Assembly (NCBI GenBank): GCA_944389545.1
Contig: CALXMT010000011.1
Coordinates: forward strand, 3,479-67,478
DNA length: 64,000 nt
Direction: 5' to 3'
Origin: an uncultured Kiritimatiellota bacterium
GTDB lineage: Bacteria; Verrucomicrobiota; Kiritimatiellia; RFP12; DVOR01
The first letter of the stretch is position 1. Each line of letters begins with the position of its first letter. The translations under genes and the position numbers were made by a program. The notes beneath the pieces were generated by a model. It was not told the origin of the DNA. It saw only the letters and a program-made list of their open reading frames with translations, and did not search any database. Shown here one piece after another: positions 47,422 through 55,907 of the stretch.

Positions 47422-47464
47422 TACCTCTGTCTATCTCTGTTCCCGCCTTTCCCAGGACACTACG

Positions 47465-47605
47465 ATCCGAGACCCTATAGGGGTCCGCGGTCAACCACTA
47501 TAGGGGTCGGGGTCGAGACCCTATAAGGGTCCGAGGCGAGACCCTATAAGGGTCGGAGGCGAGACCCTATAGTGGTCGGAGGCGAAACCCTTAAGGGCCC
47601 AGAAA
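47465..47605. repeat. array P2: ~6 tandem 23-bp CCCTATAGGGG-palindrome repeats (homologous to P1)
   Basis: The first ~70 bp are near-identical to P1 (GAGACCCTATAGGGGTCCG(C/T)GGTCAACCACTATAGGGGTCGGGGTCGAG…). Confidence 0.75.
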
Positions 47606-47690
47606 CGACCTAGTACGAGACAAAGGAGAAGTATGCGACTCTTCCTCAAAAAGGGTGTGATTGTCTAAAAATAATCGCTTACCCTAAAAC

Positions 47691-47717
47691 AAAAAAGCCC
47701 GCCGGGGCGGGCTTTTT
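47691..47717. terminator. bidirectional Rho-independent terminator (AAAAAAGCCCGCC-gggg-GGCGGGCTTTTT) downstream of pfk
   Basis: Perfect GC stem flanked by an A-tract and a T-tract, ~20 bp past the pfk stop. Confidence 0.8.
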
Positions 47718-47735
47718 GAGGAGGTCGCCTTGACC

Positions 47736-49106
47736 TCAGGGGACGTAGAGGGTGGAGGCGGACTTGTTGTCGGAGGGGTTGAGGTAGTACTCCTGGCCGG
47801 TGGCGACAAGGACGGAGGACCAGAGGTTGGAGGTGAGCTCCACCTTGCGGCGCTCGATGGTGGCCAACGGAATCGGCACGAGGGAGTAATCGTCGTTCAG
47901 GCGACCGACGACGCAGTTGGTACGACCGGCCATGGCGGCGTGGGCGGCCATGCGGGCGAGGCGGTAGCAAAGAACCGCGTCGGAGGCGTCGGCGGGGCAG
48001 GAACGGATGGTGTAGGAGGGGTCGATGTACTTGACCGTGACGTCTTCCTTGCGAGCCTTGAAGTGCTCAAGGATACGGTTTTTGAGGTATTCGCCGATGT
48101 CCTTCTTGAGGATGTTGCCGGAGGCGTCGCGCCGCTCCTCGCCTTCCATGAGTTCCTGGCCGGCACCTTCGGCGACGACGATGACGGCGTGGCTCTTGCC
48201 GGAAGCGAAGCGGCGCTCGAGGGCCGCGAGGAGGCCATGCTCGCCGTCAACGGTGAAGGGCTGCTCGGGAATGAGGCAGAAGTTCACGACGGGGTTGGCG
48301 AGGGTGGCATAGGCGGCGATGAAGCCGGAGTCACGCCCCATGAGCTTGACGAGGCCAATGCCGTAGTGGGCGCCGAGGGCCTCGGAGTGGGCGGAGCGGA
48401 TGGCGGGGACGGCGGCGGCCACGGCGGTCTCGAAACCGAAGGTGCGGCCAACGAAGTGGAGGTCGTTGTCGATGGTCTTCGGGATGCCGACGACGGAAAT
48501 CTTCAGGCCGCGGCGACGGCACTCGTTGGAGACGTCGCGGGCGCAACGGAGCGAGCCGTCACCACCGATGGCGAAGAGTACGTTGATGCCCATGCGCTCG
48601 AGAGTGTCGACCATGCGGGCGGTGTCCTGCTGGCCGCGGGAGGAACCGAGCATCGTGCCGCCCCACTCGTGAATGGTGTCGACCTTATCCGGCGTGAGAA
48701 TCATGGGCTCGTAGCCGAACTCGGGGATGAGGCCGGCGTAGCCATAACGGAAGCCGTAGATGGTCTTGATGCCGTAGCTGAAGGTCAGAACCTCGACGAG
48801 GCCCTTGATGACGTTGTTCAAGCCCGGGCAGAGGCCACCGGCGGTGACGATGGCGGCGCGGGTGGCGCTGGGATCATGGAAAATCTTGCGATGGGGACCG
48901 GCGCTCTCAAGCTTGGGAGCAGACCCATACTTCTTGACGAACTCCTGAACGTAGCTGGAACGCACGCTCAGCAGGGAGTACATATCGTCCTCTTCCACGA
49001 AGTTCGTGTTCTTGACCGGAGAATCAACCTTGCACTCACCAAGATTCTCGGTGATGAAAGTAAACTTGGAGGGGTCGTTGAAAATACGCTCGAATAACGA
49101 AGCCAT
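47736..49106 (-). CDS. pfk: 6-phosphofructokinase (long PFK-A form, possibly PPi-dependent)
   Basis: …AAIVTAGGLCPGLNNVIKG…, …GYAG…, …MLGSSRG…, …AIGGDGS… Start at MASLFERIF; C-ending codon style. Confidence 0.8.
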   Translation of the reverse strand: MASLFERIFNDPSKFTFITENLGECKVDSPVKNTNFVEEDDMYSLLSVRSSYVQEFVKKYGSAPKLESAGPHRKIFHDPSATRAAIVTAGGLCPGLNNVIKGLVEVLTFSYGIKTIYGFRYGYAGLIPEFGYEPMILTPDKVDTIHEWGGTMLGSSRGQQDTARMVDTLERMGINVLFAIGGDGSLRCARDVSNECRRRGLKISVVGIPKTIDNDLHFVGRTFGFETAVAAAVPAIRSAHSEALGAHYGIGLVKLMGRDSGFIAAYATLANPVVNFCLIPEQPFTVDGEHGLLAALERRFASGKSHAVIVVAEGAGQELMEGEERRDASGNILKKDIGEYLKNRILEHFKARKEDVTVKYIDPSYTIRSCPADASDAVLCYRLARMAAHAAMAGRTNCVVGRLNDDYSLVPIPLATIERRKVELTSNLWSSVLVATGQEYYLNPSDNKSASTLYVP

Positions 49107-49191
49107 AAAATGTCCTCTCGTGTGCTCGACCCAAGGTGGGTCAAGTTGGCGTAATATTATACGGTTTTGCCTCGCGTCCGTCAAATCCAAT

Positions 49192-49459
49192 GGTGTCCGG
49201 GGAAATCGAAAAGCCTCCTTTTCCCGCAAAAACGCCAGTGCGCGCGAAGCCAGATGGGCTAACGCCGGTCGCTTTGCGGGCTAAACGCCCGCTGATCGCT
49301 CCCTCCCGCCCATCGCCTTCGCGCTTGGGCCGTATTTCAAATCCCTTTGGCGCAGGAAAGTGGGGCGCGGGAGGGCGCACGACCGTGCGCCCGGCGTTAG
49401 CGCCCCACCTTTCCTGCAAGAATTGCGTCCTTGCGGTTCCCGTTTTCCCCGGACACTAC
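49192..49459 (-). mobile_element. MITE-like repeat family B copy 3 (reverse orientation), flanked by a 10-bp direct repeat CGTCAAATCC
   Basis: Reverse complement of B2. The identical decamer CGTCAAATCC is present immediately outside both ends (~49179-49188 and ~49462-49471), consistent with a target-site duplication. Confidence 0.75.
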
Positions 49460-49473
49460 TGCGTCAAATCCTG

Positions 49474-52170
49474 TCAGCGACGCAAGAGGGCGCGAAGGAG
49501 GAAGCGAATGGGAAGCGGCGTAATAACCAACGTGGCGACAAGCAGGACGACCAAGCCCTCCGCCAGGCGTGCCCAGGGCAAGACCAACACGGTCGGGAGT
49601 CCGCCGAAGGGCATCCAGGCAAGCGTCCAGCCCGTGAAGCCCCAGCCAATCGAAAGGCCGAGCAACAGGGAAAGCACGGCGGCCACGACGCAAAGGAGCA
49701 AGGCTTGCGCCAAGAGGAAGCGTCCCAACTGCCCACGCGTCATGCCGATGGCGTGAAGGGTGCGCAACTCACCGGCCATGGCGCGAACATTCGCGGCCAG
49801 CAGGGAGACAAAGCCGAAGCTGAGAATGAGGAGCGACCACAGCGGAATACGCGCCAATTCACCGAGCAATTCTGAGCTGTGCGCCAAGGTCCCCTCGGAA
49901 ATCTCGTCGCGCAGATGGAGGACCGCATTGGGGAAGGCGGCCTTCGCCCCAGGCCCAAAGCCACGCCCGCGCCACGGTTCGGGGTCGGCCTCGGCGGCCT
50001 GTTGAAGGCGCAGTTCCAGACGGTCGCCGGCGGAATAGAGCGCCGCCGTGTCTTGGGCCGTCGGAAGCTCATCGAGCCAAAGGAAACGGACACGTGCGGC
50101 CTGCTCCGGGTCCCAAGCCTTGGCAACGTCAAGCCCCACAAAGACAGGGCCGAGGGTGCCAAAGGGCGCGCCATTGCGGGCACGGAGGCCGGCCCGGGCG
50201 GTGACGAGGTGCCAGTTGCAACGGACGATGGCGGTGACGGTGAGCGGCAGGGTGTGGACGGTTCCTGCCGCGTCGCGCCGTTGGATGGAGAAGGTGTCGC
50301 CGATGCCAATGCGGCATTGACGGGCGAACATCTCGGTGACGGTGACGCCTGTCTCCCCGGCGGTGCCGACAAGAAGGATGTTGTTCTGCTTTGGGAGTCG
50401 CCCGGCACGCTCGCCAATGGCCGTGAAGTCAGCATCGGAGAGACGGTATTGCTCGGCGAAAAAGGGTCGGACGGGGAGGTTCTTGACCAGAGCGTCCGCG
50501 CAGGTTTGGCTAACGCCATTGGGCAGGAATGAGACGATGGCCGGCGGCAAATCGCGTGAGGGAATGAAGGGGTCGGTGAGCGAGGCTCCCCAGATATGGA
50601 TGGCGAAGAAGGCACCGAGGCCGGCCGTCAACGTGAGAGCCATGCGGGCGTTGCGGTCGGCGGAACGGGTGAGGACACCGCGCAAGAGTTCCGGCCGCAA
50701 CCGCAACACGGCACCGAGCGGACGCGCCAGCGCCCATTCGCAGAGGGCCATCAAGGGGCGCGTGAACGCCATCAGGCCAAAGACGGCCAACGGCAACGCA
50801 ACCAAGAACCACGCGCTCCGCAACCACGGATTGGGCGTGAAAGGAAGGACCGTAAGCACAATCGGCACCAGGCAAAGCAGGGCCAAGACCCCACGCCAAA
50901 TGGGATGGGCCACACGCCAAGCCTCGGGGCGCACACGCAAATCGCAGGGACCGAGCCGCGCCGCCCGGCGCAGGGGCACGCACAATGCGATTCCGGCGGA
51001 AAGCATCAACAGAACCGCCACGACAAGCGGCGTGGCCCAACCAATCACAAGCCCATCCGGGAAGGCCAAGGGATTCGTCCGCACGAAAACGGCAAGCGCC
51101 CCCACCCCAACGCCAAACCCGATCACGCCCCCCACGCCCGCGAGGAACAGGGCCTCGCGGGAGACAAGCGCCATGAGCTGACGCGACGTCATGCCAAGGG
51201 CGCGCAGGCGGGCATAGCGGACACGGTTTTGTTCCAGGCCCACGCAGAGCGCATTCACAATCATGCAAAGCGTGGCCACGCAAGCGAGGGCCACCAGAAG
51301 CGGAAGCTGAAAGAGAAGGTTGTTTGTCGCATCAGAGCGAAGTTGGCGCAACAGGCCTTGCCGCGTAACCAACGTGGCCGCATCGTCGTCCGGCGAGACG
51401 GTTCGGACAGTCTCGGCCAGGGCATCAGGCGACCGGAAGGGTTTCAAGCGGATGAGCATGAGATTGCACAGCCCCTTGGTCTCGGCCAAAGCGGCGGCCT
51501 CGGCAAGCGTATCGCTGGCAAACATCGTTGGGAACCCGCCCACAGGGCGAATGGATTCAGCAAGATAACCACAAATCGTTGCCTCAACGCGCCCCTTCGG
51601 CGTGATGACCGGGACCTTTGTGCCAATGGGCGGGGCATCGCGCAACCCCTCTTCACCGAAGGCACGCGGGGAGATGACAAACTCCGGCTCAGACGCATCG
51701 GCCTGGGGCCATCGCCCGGCGGCCAGACCATCCGGATAGGGGCACTCAGGGAAATCCCGGACCGGCGCGATGCCGCCCCCCACCCCGGGGCCTTGAAGCG
51801 GACGCCCCTCGGGACGCCAATCGAGGCGACAGCGAAAAACGGTAGTGGCGAGGACGCTCTCAACGTCCGGCGAGGCCTTGACCGCATCCGCCACGGCACG
51901 TGGGATCATCTTGACGGGCGAACCGTGCGTGAGCGACTGCATGCCGCTACCTTTCGGCGCGGCGGCAGAAGCACGCCCCGTGGCGACCCAACAGTCGAAC
52001 GGCTTGCCCATCGTCTCGGCAAGCGACTTGCATTGCGCCGTTGTGGTCACGGCCAAGCCGATGGACCAAGCCAACAGTGCGGCTGCCGCGGCCACGCCCA
52101 ACAGCGCGCAAACCAAGCGCACGCGGTCACGCCGCAGTACGTCGCGGAAGAGAAGCCCCAGCGCACTCAC
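49474..52170 (-). CDS. ABC transporter permease, FtsX/MacB-LolCE-like, duplicated (two 4-TM FtsX modules with large periplasmic loops)
   Basis: 898 aa with two clusters of TM helices separated by soluble loops; overlaps the upstream ATPase gene by 4 nt. Confidence 0.6.
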   Translation of the reverse strand: MSALGLLFRDVLRRDRVRLVCALLGVAAAAALLAWSIGLAVTTTAQCKSLAETMGKPFDCWVATGRASAAAPKGSGMQSLTHGSPVKMIPRAVADAVKASPDVESVLATTVFRCRLDWRPEGRPLQGPGVGGGIAPVRDFPECPYPDGLAAGRWPQADASEPEFVISPRAFGEEGLRDAPPIGTKVPVITPKGRVEATICGYLAESIRPVGGFPTMFASDTLAEAAALAETKGLCNLMLIRLKPFRSPDALAETVRTVSPDDDAATLVTRQGLLRQLRSDATNNLLFQLPLLVALACVATLCMIVNALCVGLEQNRVRYARLRALGMTSRQLMALVSREALFLAGVGGVIGFGVGVGALAVFVRTNPLAFPDGLVIGWATPLVVAVLLMLSAGIALCVPLRRAARLGPCDLRVRPEAWRVAHPIWRGVLALLCLVPIVLTVLPFTPNPWLRSAWFLVALPLAVFGLMAFTRPLMALCEWALARPLGAVLRLRPELLRGVLTRSADRNARMALTLTAGLGAFFAIHIWGASLTDPFIPSRDLPPAIVSFLPNGVSQTCADALVKNLPVRPFFAEQYRLSDADFTAIGERAGRLPKQNNILLVGTAGETGVTVTEMFARQCRIGIGDTFSIQRRDAAGTVHTLPLTVTAIVRCNWHLVTARAGLRARNGAPFGTLGPVFVGLDVAKAWDPEQAARVRFLWLDELPTAQDTAALYSAGDRLELRLQQAAEADPEPWRGRGFGPGAKAAFPNAVLHLRDEISEGTLAHSSELLGELARIPLWSLLILSFGFVSLLAANVRAMAGELRTLHAIGMTRGQLGRFLLAQALLLCVVAAVLSLLLGLSIGWGFTGWTLAWMPFGGLPTVLVLPWARLAEGLVVLLVATLVITPLPIRFLLRALLRR

Positions 52171-52892
52171 GCCATGCGCTCCAAATAGTTGGCGGAGACG
52201 GTGGCAGGGTCATGGCCCGTCTCGAAGGCGCCACAAATCTGTCCGTCGCGCAGGATATGAACGACATCGGCGGCGGCGGCGACCTGCGGGTCGTGGGAGA
52301 TGAGGAGAATGGCCGCGCCAAGCTCACGGTTGAGCCGCGTGAGGGTGGCGCAAAACTCGGCGGCGGCAGGTGAATCCAGGTTGCCGGTGGGCTCATCGGC
52401 CAGAATGATATCCGGGGCCATCGCGAAGGCGCGAGCGATGGCGGTGCGCTGGGCCTCGCCGCCGGAGAGGCGATCGGCAGGTTGATTGCGGCGATGCGTC
52501 AACCCCACCAATCGTAGGAGCGTCTCCATCCGCTCGGCGGGAACATCGCGGCCATCGAGGAGCGCAGGCAGTGCGATATTTTGCGCAACGGTGAGGGTCG
52601 GGATGAGGTTACAATCCTGGAAGACAATGCCGACCGAACGGCGGCGGAGCAAGGTCAGTTCATGGTCGGGAAGGCCAACCAGTGAACGCCCCTTCACAGA
52701 AACCTCGCCGGAGTCCGGCGGAAGCAACCCCGCCAGAAGATTCAGAAGCGTGCTTTTGCCCGCGCCGGAGGGTCCCATGACGGCATGGAAAGCCCCTTCC
52801 GGGACGGCAAGCGTGACGCCGCGCAGGACATCGATGACGCGCCCTTCCACACGGAAGGATTTGCGCAGGTCTGTGGCTTGAAGGGCGTTCAT
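52167..52892 (-). CDS. ABC transporter ATP-binding protein (LolD/MacB-type)
   Basis: GPSGAGKSTLLN Walker A, LSGGEAQRTAIARA signature, ILADEPTGNLD Walker B. Start at MNALQATDL. Confidence 0.85.
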   Translation of the reverse strand: MNALQATDLRKSFRVEGRVIDVLRGVTLAVPEGAFHAVMGPSGAGKSTLLNLLAGLLPPDSGEVSVKGRSLVGLPDHELTLLRRRSVGIVFQDCNLIPTLTVAQNIALPALLDGRDVPAERMETLLRLVGLTHRRNQPADRLSGGEAQRTAIARAFAMAPDIILADEPTGNLDSPAAAEFCATLTRLNRELGAAILLISHDPQVAAAADVVHILRDGQICGAFETGHDPATVSANYLERMA

Positions 52893-52893
52893 T

Positions 52894-55014
52894 TTAGAAG
52901 CGGAAGCGAAGGGAAAGCTCAAAGGTGCGCCCATCGTTGGCGAAGGCCTGCAGGTTGCGGGCGGACTCCACACCACGCGAATCGAAGATATTGCGCACGG
53001 CAAGCCCCAGGGAGAAGTTCTCGGTGAAGGGGAAATCGACGGAAGCATCGAAGGTGAGGAGGCGCTTGGCGATTTGGTCCTCGCCCGCGGGCTGGCCGCG
53101 GAAGGTCATCATCCACGCGTCGCGCCAACGGCAACCGAAGCCGAAGACGGCGTCGTAGAACCACGGGGCCTTGTAGCTCGTCCAGAGCGAGACGGCGTGC
53201 GGCGGGAAACGGTCAAAGCGGAGGCCGTTGGTCTTGTCGTAGTAATCGATGTAGGCGTAGGCCAGGTAGATGGACCAATTGTCGGTGATGTCGCCGGAGG
53301 CGGAGAGCTCCACGCCCTGCGAATAGGTCTTGCCGTCGTCTGAGTAGTAACCCTCACCGGTGAGATCGTTGTCCATGGCGATGGGCGCATTGGACTGGTC
53401 GATGCGGAAGACCGTGCCCGTGAGCCAGAGGCTGCCGGTGGGATTCACGCGGATGCCGGCCTCTTTCTGCACGGCGCGCCACGTGCTGTCAAGGTAATCC
53501 GAGGGCGAGGTGCCGATGTTGTCGGGCCAACGCTTGTAATTGAAGTTGGGGGTCTCGGTGAGGGAGACGTTGGCGAAGAGGATGGCGCGTCCGGCCTCGA
53601 GAATGTCGTAAGAAATGCCAAGGCGCGGGGAGAAGGTCCACTCGTGCACGTGGTTCACGCTGTCGTGCCAGTCGGCACGCACGCCGGCGATGACACTGAG
53701 CCCGTGCCACTCCAACAGGTCCTGCACGTTGATGCCGACCTTCTGCTGACGCGTGTCGGAATAGCCCGAGGCCTTGATTGTCTCGAGGTAGTTCTCTTCT
53801 GTAATAGTGCCACTGCGGCCCGTGGAGGTGAAGCCGCCCCAGCCTTGACTCTCCTTCACGGTGGTGCTCACGCCCACAAGGAACTGGTGGTCGATGCCCC
53901 AAGTGTCGAACTTGAAGATGGCGTCCTGGCCGGCGTAAAAAGTGCGAGCCAGGCGGTCGCCCGCGCCCCACTCATACCGCTTGTTGCTGGCCGGATCGGG
54001 GTCGAAGCCGGTATTCGAATAGGGCCCGCGGTAGTCATAGCGGCTCTCGGTCTGAAAGAAGGAGAGGCGCGTACGCAGGGTCAACCAATCCGTCACGTCG
54101 CCATCCAACCGGAAAGTGCCGCCGAAGGTCTGAAAGCGCATCCGGTCACCGGGGCGCGTGTAGGTGTCGTCCCAACCGCTGCCATACGGTTTCCCATAGA
54201 GCGTGCGCACGCCCTGGAAGGCCGGCTGGTCGCTGTATTGATAGAAGAGGTCAAGCCCCGCCTCCAAACGGTCGGCCACGCGCAACGAGAGACTCGGCGC
54301 CGCAGAGAAGGTCGTCCCGTGCCCGGCGTCCGAGGGCGCCCAACCTGGCTCACGCCATTCGTAAGCCATTGGCACACGCACCGCAAGCCGCTCATCCTCG
54401 AACACTTGATTCACGTCCGTAGCAAACTTTAGGCGCGTTCCGGACGCCTTGGAATAAGACCCCTTTAGCAAGAAGTCGTAGAAATCTTCCTCGAAGGAGG
54501 CCCGCTTAGGCTGCAGGATGACCGTACCGCCTGCGCCCATGAGATCGGTCATGCTCCCCATCTGTGCACCGTACGCACCGCCGACCGGCCCCTTCACGAT
54601 GTCCACCCGCTCCAAAAGCGTCGGGTCAAGGAAGGTCGCCACGCCACCGGCCAACGGCACCCCGCCCAACAAGACCTCACTTCCCGAATAACCACGAATT
54701 GTATAGGTGCCGGCCTGTCGTGCCATCACGGTCTTGCCACCCTGGTAAATACCCGGCTGAAGCGTCAGCAACTGATCGAGATCGGTCGTGTTTCGTTCGC
54801 GGATAAAGTCCTCGGTCAGCGAATCGACCGTAAAGGGCGACCGCTCCGGCGGTAGTTCCACCAACGTTCCGGCGTCTGTCGTCTCCGTTCGATACTTCGG
54901 CAATGGCGCGGCCGTCACTTGAACCGCCTCGTTCGTCGTCACCGCTTCTTCGCCCAACGTCATGCCCGGAAGAAGCGCGAGCAAGCACAACAAAACCTTT
55001 TCTGAAACTTTCAT
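52894..55014 (-). CDS. TonB-dependent outer-membrane receptor
   Basis: Signal peptide, an N-terminal plug region, a long beta-barrel body and a C-terminal …LSLRFRF aromatic terminus. Start at MKVSEKVLL. Confidence 0.7.
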   Translation of the reverse strand: MKVSEKVLLCLLALLPGMTLGEEAVTTNEAVQVTAAPLPKYRTETTDAGTLVELPPERSPFTVDSLTEDFIRERNTTDLDQLLTLQPGIYQGGKTVMARQAGTYTIRGYSGSEVLLGGVPLAGGVATFLDPTLLERVDIVKGPVGGAYGAQMGSMTDLMGAGGTVILQPKRASFEEDFYDFLLKGSYSKASGTRLKFATDVNQVFEDERLAVRVPMAYEWREPGWAPSDAGHGTTFSAAPSLSLRVADRLEAGLDLFYQYSDQPAFQGVRTLYGKPYGSGWDDTYTRPGDRMRFQTFGGTFRLDGDVTDWLTLRTRLSFFQTESRYDYRGPYSNTGFDPDPASNKRYEWGAGDRLARTFYAGQDAIFKFDTWGIDHQFLVGVSTTVKESQGWGGFTSTGRSGTITEENYLETIKASGYSDTRQQKVGINVQDLLEWHGLSVIAGVRADWHDSVNHVHEWTFSPRLGISYDILEAGRAILFANVSLTETPNFNYKRWPDNIGTSPSDYLDSTWRAVQKEAGIRVNPTGSLWLTGTVFRIDQSNAPIAMDNDLTGEGYYSDDGKTYSQGVELSASGDITDNWSIYLAYAYIDYYDKTNGLRFDRFPPHAVSLWTSYKAPWFYDAVFGFGCRWRDAWMMTFRGQPAGEDQIAKRLLTFDASVDFPFTENFSLGLAVRNIFDSRGVESARNLQAFANDGRTFELSLRFRF

Positions 55015-55360
55015 GCTGCTAATAGTAGCACATCCATTTCCGTAAAAGTAAGTAAAATCTTTCCCCTTTTCAATCCAGCAACGCAAAGTATACAAGCCCC
55101 TCCAGCACCACCAAGCGATGCCTTCCAACACCCTTCACATCCTACCGCGTCACGGGGCCGCTTCACCGTTTCAGCGACGTAGGCTCCTGCTCTCCTGTCT
55201 GCCTGTGCACTGAATACCGCTCAAATTGGACCGGCGCCAACTGTTCTTCTGGCTCCGAGCCTAAAACCTTGCCATCCTTCGCCGCACCTGGCGCTTGGTG
55301 GAGGCGGGTCGCTTGACTGCCGCTTCCTGCTTCTTTGGCGGCGTCCATGGGCAACGCCAA

Positions 55361-55628
55361 TACTGTCCGGGGAAATCGGCAAGCCTCTTTTCCCGCAAAG
55401 ACGCGAGTGCTCGCGAAGCCTGATGGGCTAACACCGGTCACTTTGCGGGCTAAACGCCCGCTGATCGCTCCCTCCCGCCCATCGTCTTCGCGCTTGGGCC
55501 GTCTTTCAAGTACCTCCGGCGCAGGAAGTGGGGCGCGGGAGGGCGCACGCACGTGCGCCCGGCGTTAGCGCCCCATCTTTCCTGCAAGATTTGCGTCTTT
55601 GCGGTTCCTTTATTTTCCCGGCCACTAT
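55361..55628 (-). mobile_element. MITE-like repeat family B copy 4 (reverse orientation)
   Basis: Aligns with B3 end to end. Flanks share AACGC(C/A)A on both sides, a possible degenerate TSD. Confidence 0.7.
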
Positions 55629-55907
55629 TGGAGTAACGCAACGTTTCCTCAAACCGCGCTTGCGGCACAGGAAACGCCAACGATCGCCAAAACGCCTCAT
55701 TCTCCTACACCCGCAATCTCGTCTGTAACGTGCTAGGTACGATGGATGATGCTTCCCGAAAAACACTAGAAACGCAAGGGATGGGCACGGTAGTGAGGCC
55801 CGGAGGGCCGAACGGTGAAGTGCCCAGGCCCTTGCGTTCCTTCGTGTCTTCGTGGAAACTTCCCCGGCACCGCATGGATGCCACGGATTTGGTACACTAA
55901 TGCCGTT

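Noticed and set aside
47465-47605. Reading the CACTATAGGGG units as functional phage-type (T7-like) promoters
   Set aside because: Only the ~10-bp core matches; the upstream AT-rich recognition region of T7-group promoters is missing, the motif is embedded in a palindrome and tandemly iterated, and no single-subunit RNAP gene is in the window. Kept as a low-probability idea in the findings, not annotated as a promoter.
46813-55680. Small ORFs lying inside MITE copies (e.g. 46932..47120, 47042..47269, 49141..49419, 55335..55568, 55450..55680) with recurring peptides such as …RWGANAGRTVVRPPAPHF…
   Set aside because: They recur only because the DNA repeat recurs. Frames differ between copies, they are interrupted in some copies, and they lack RBSs. 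I treat them as non-coding parts of the elements.
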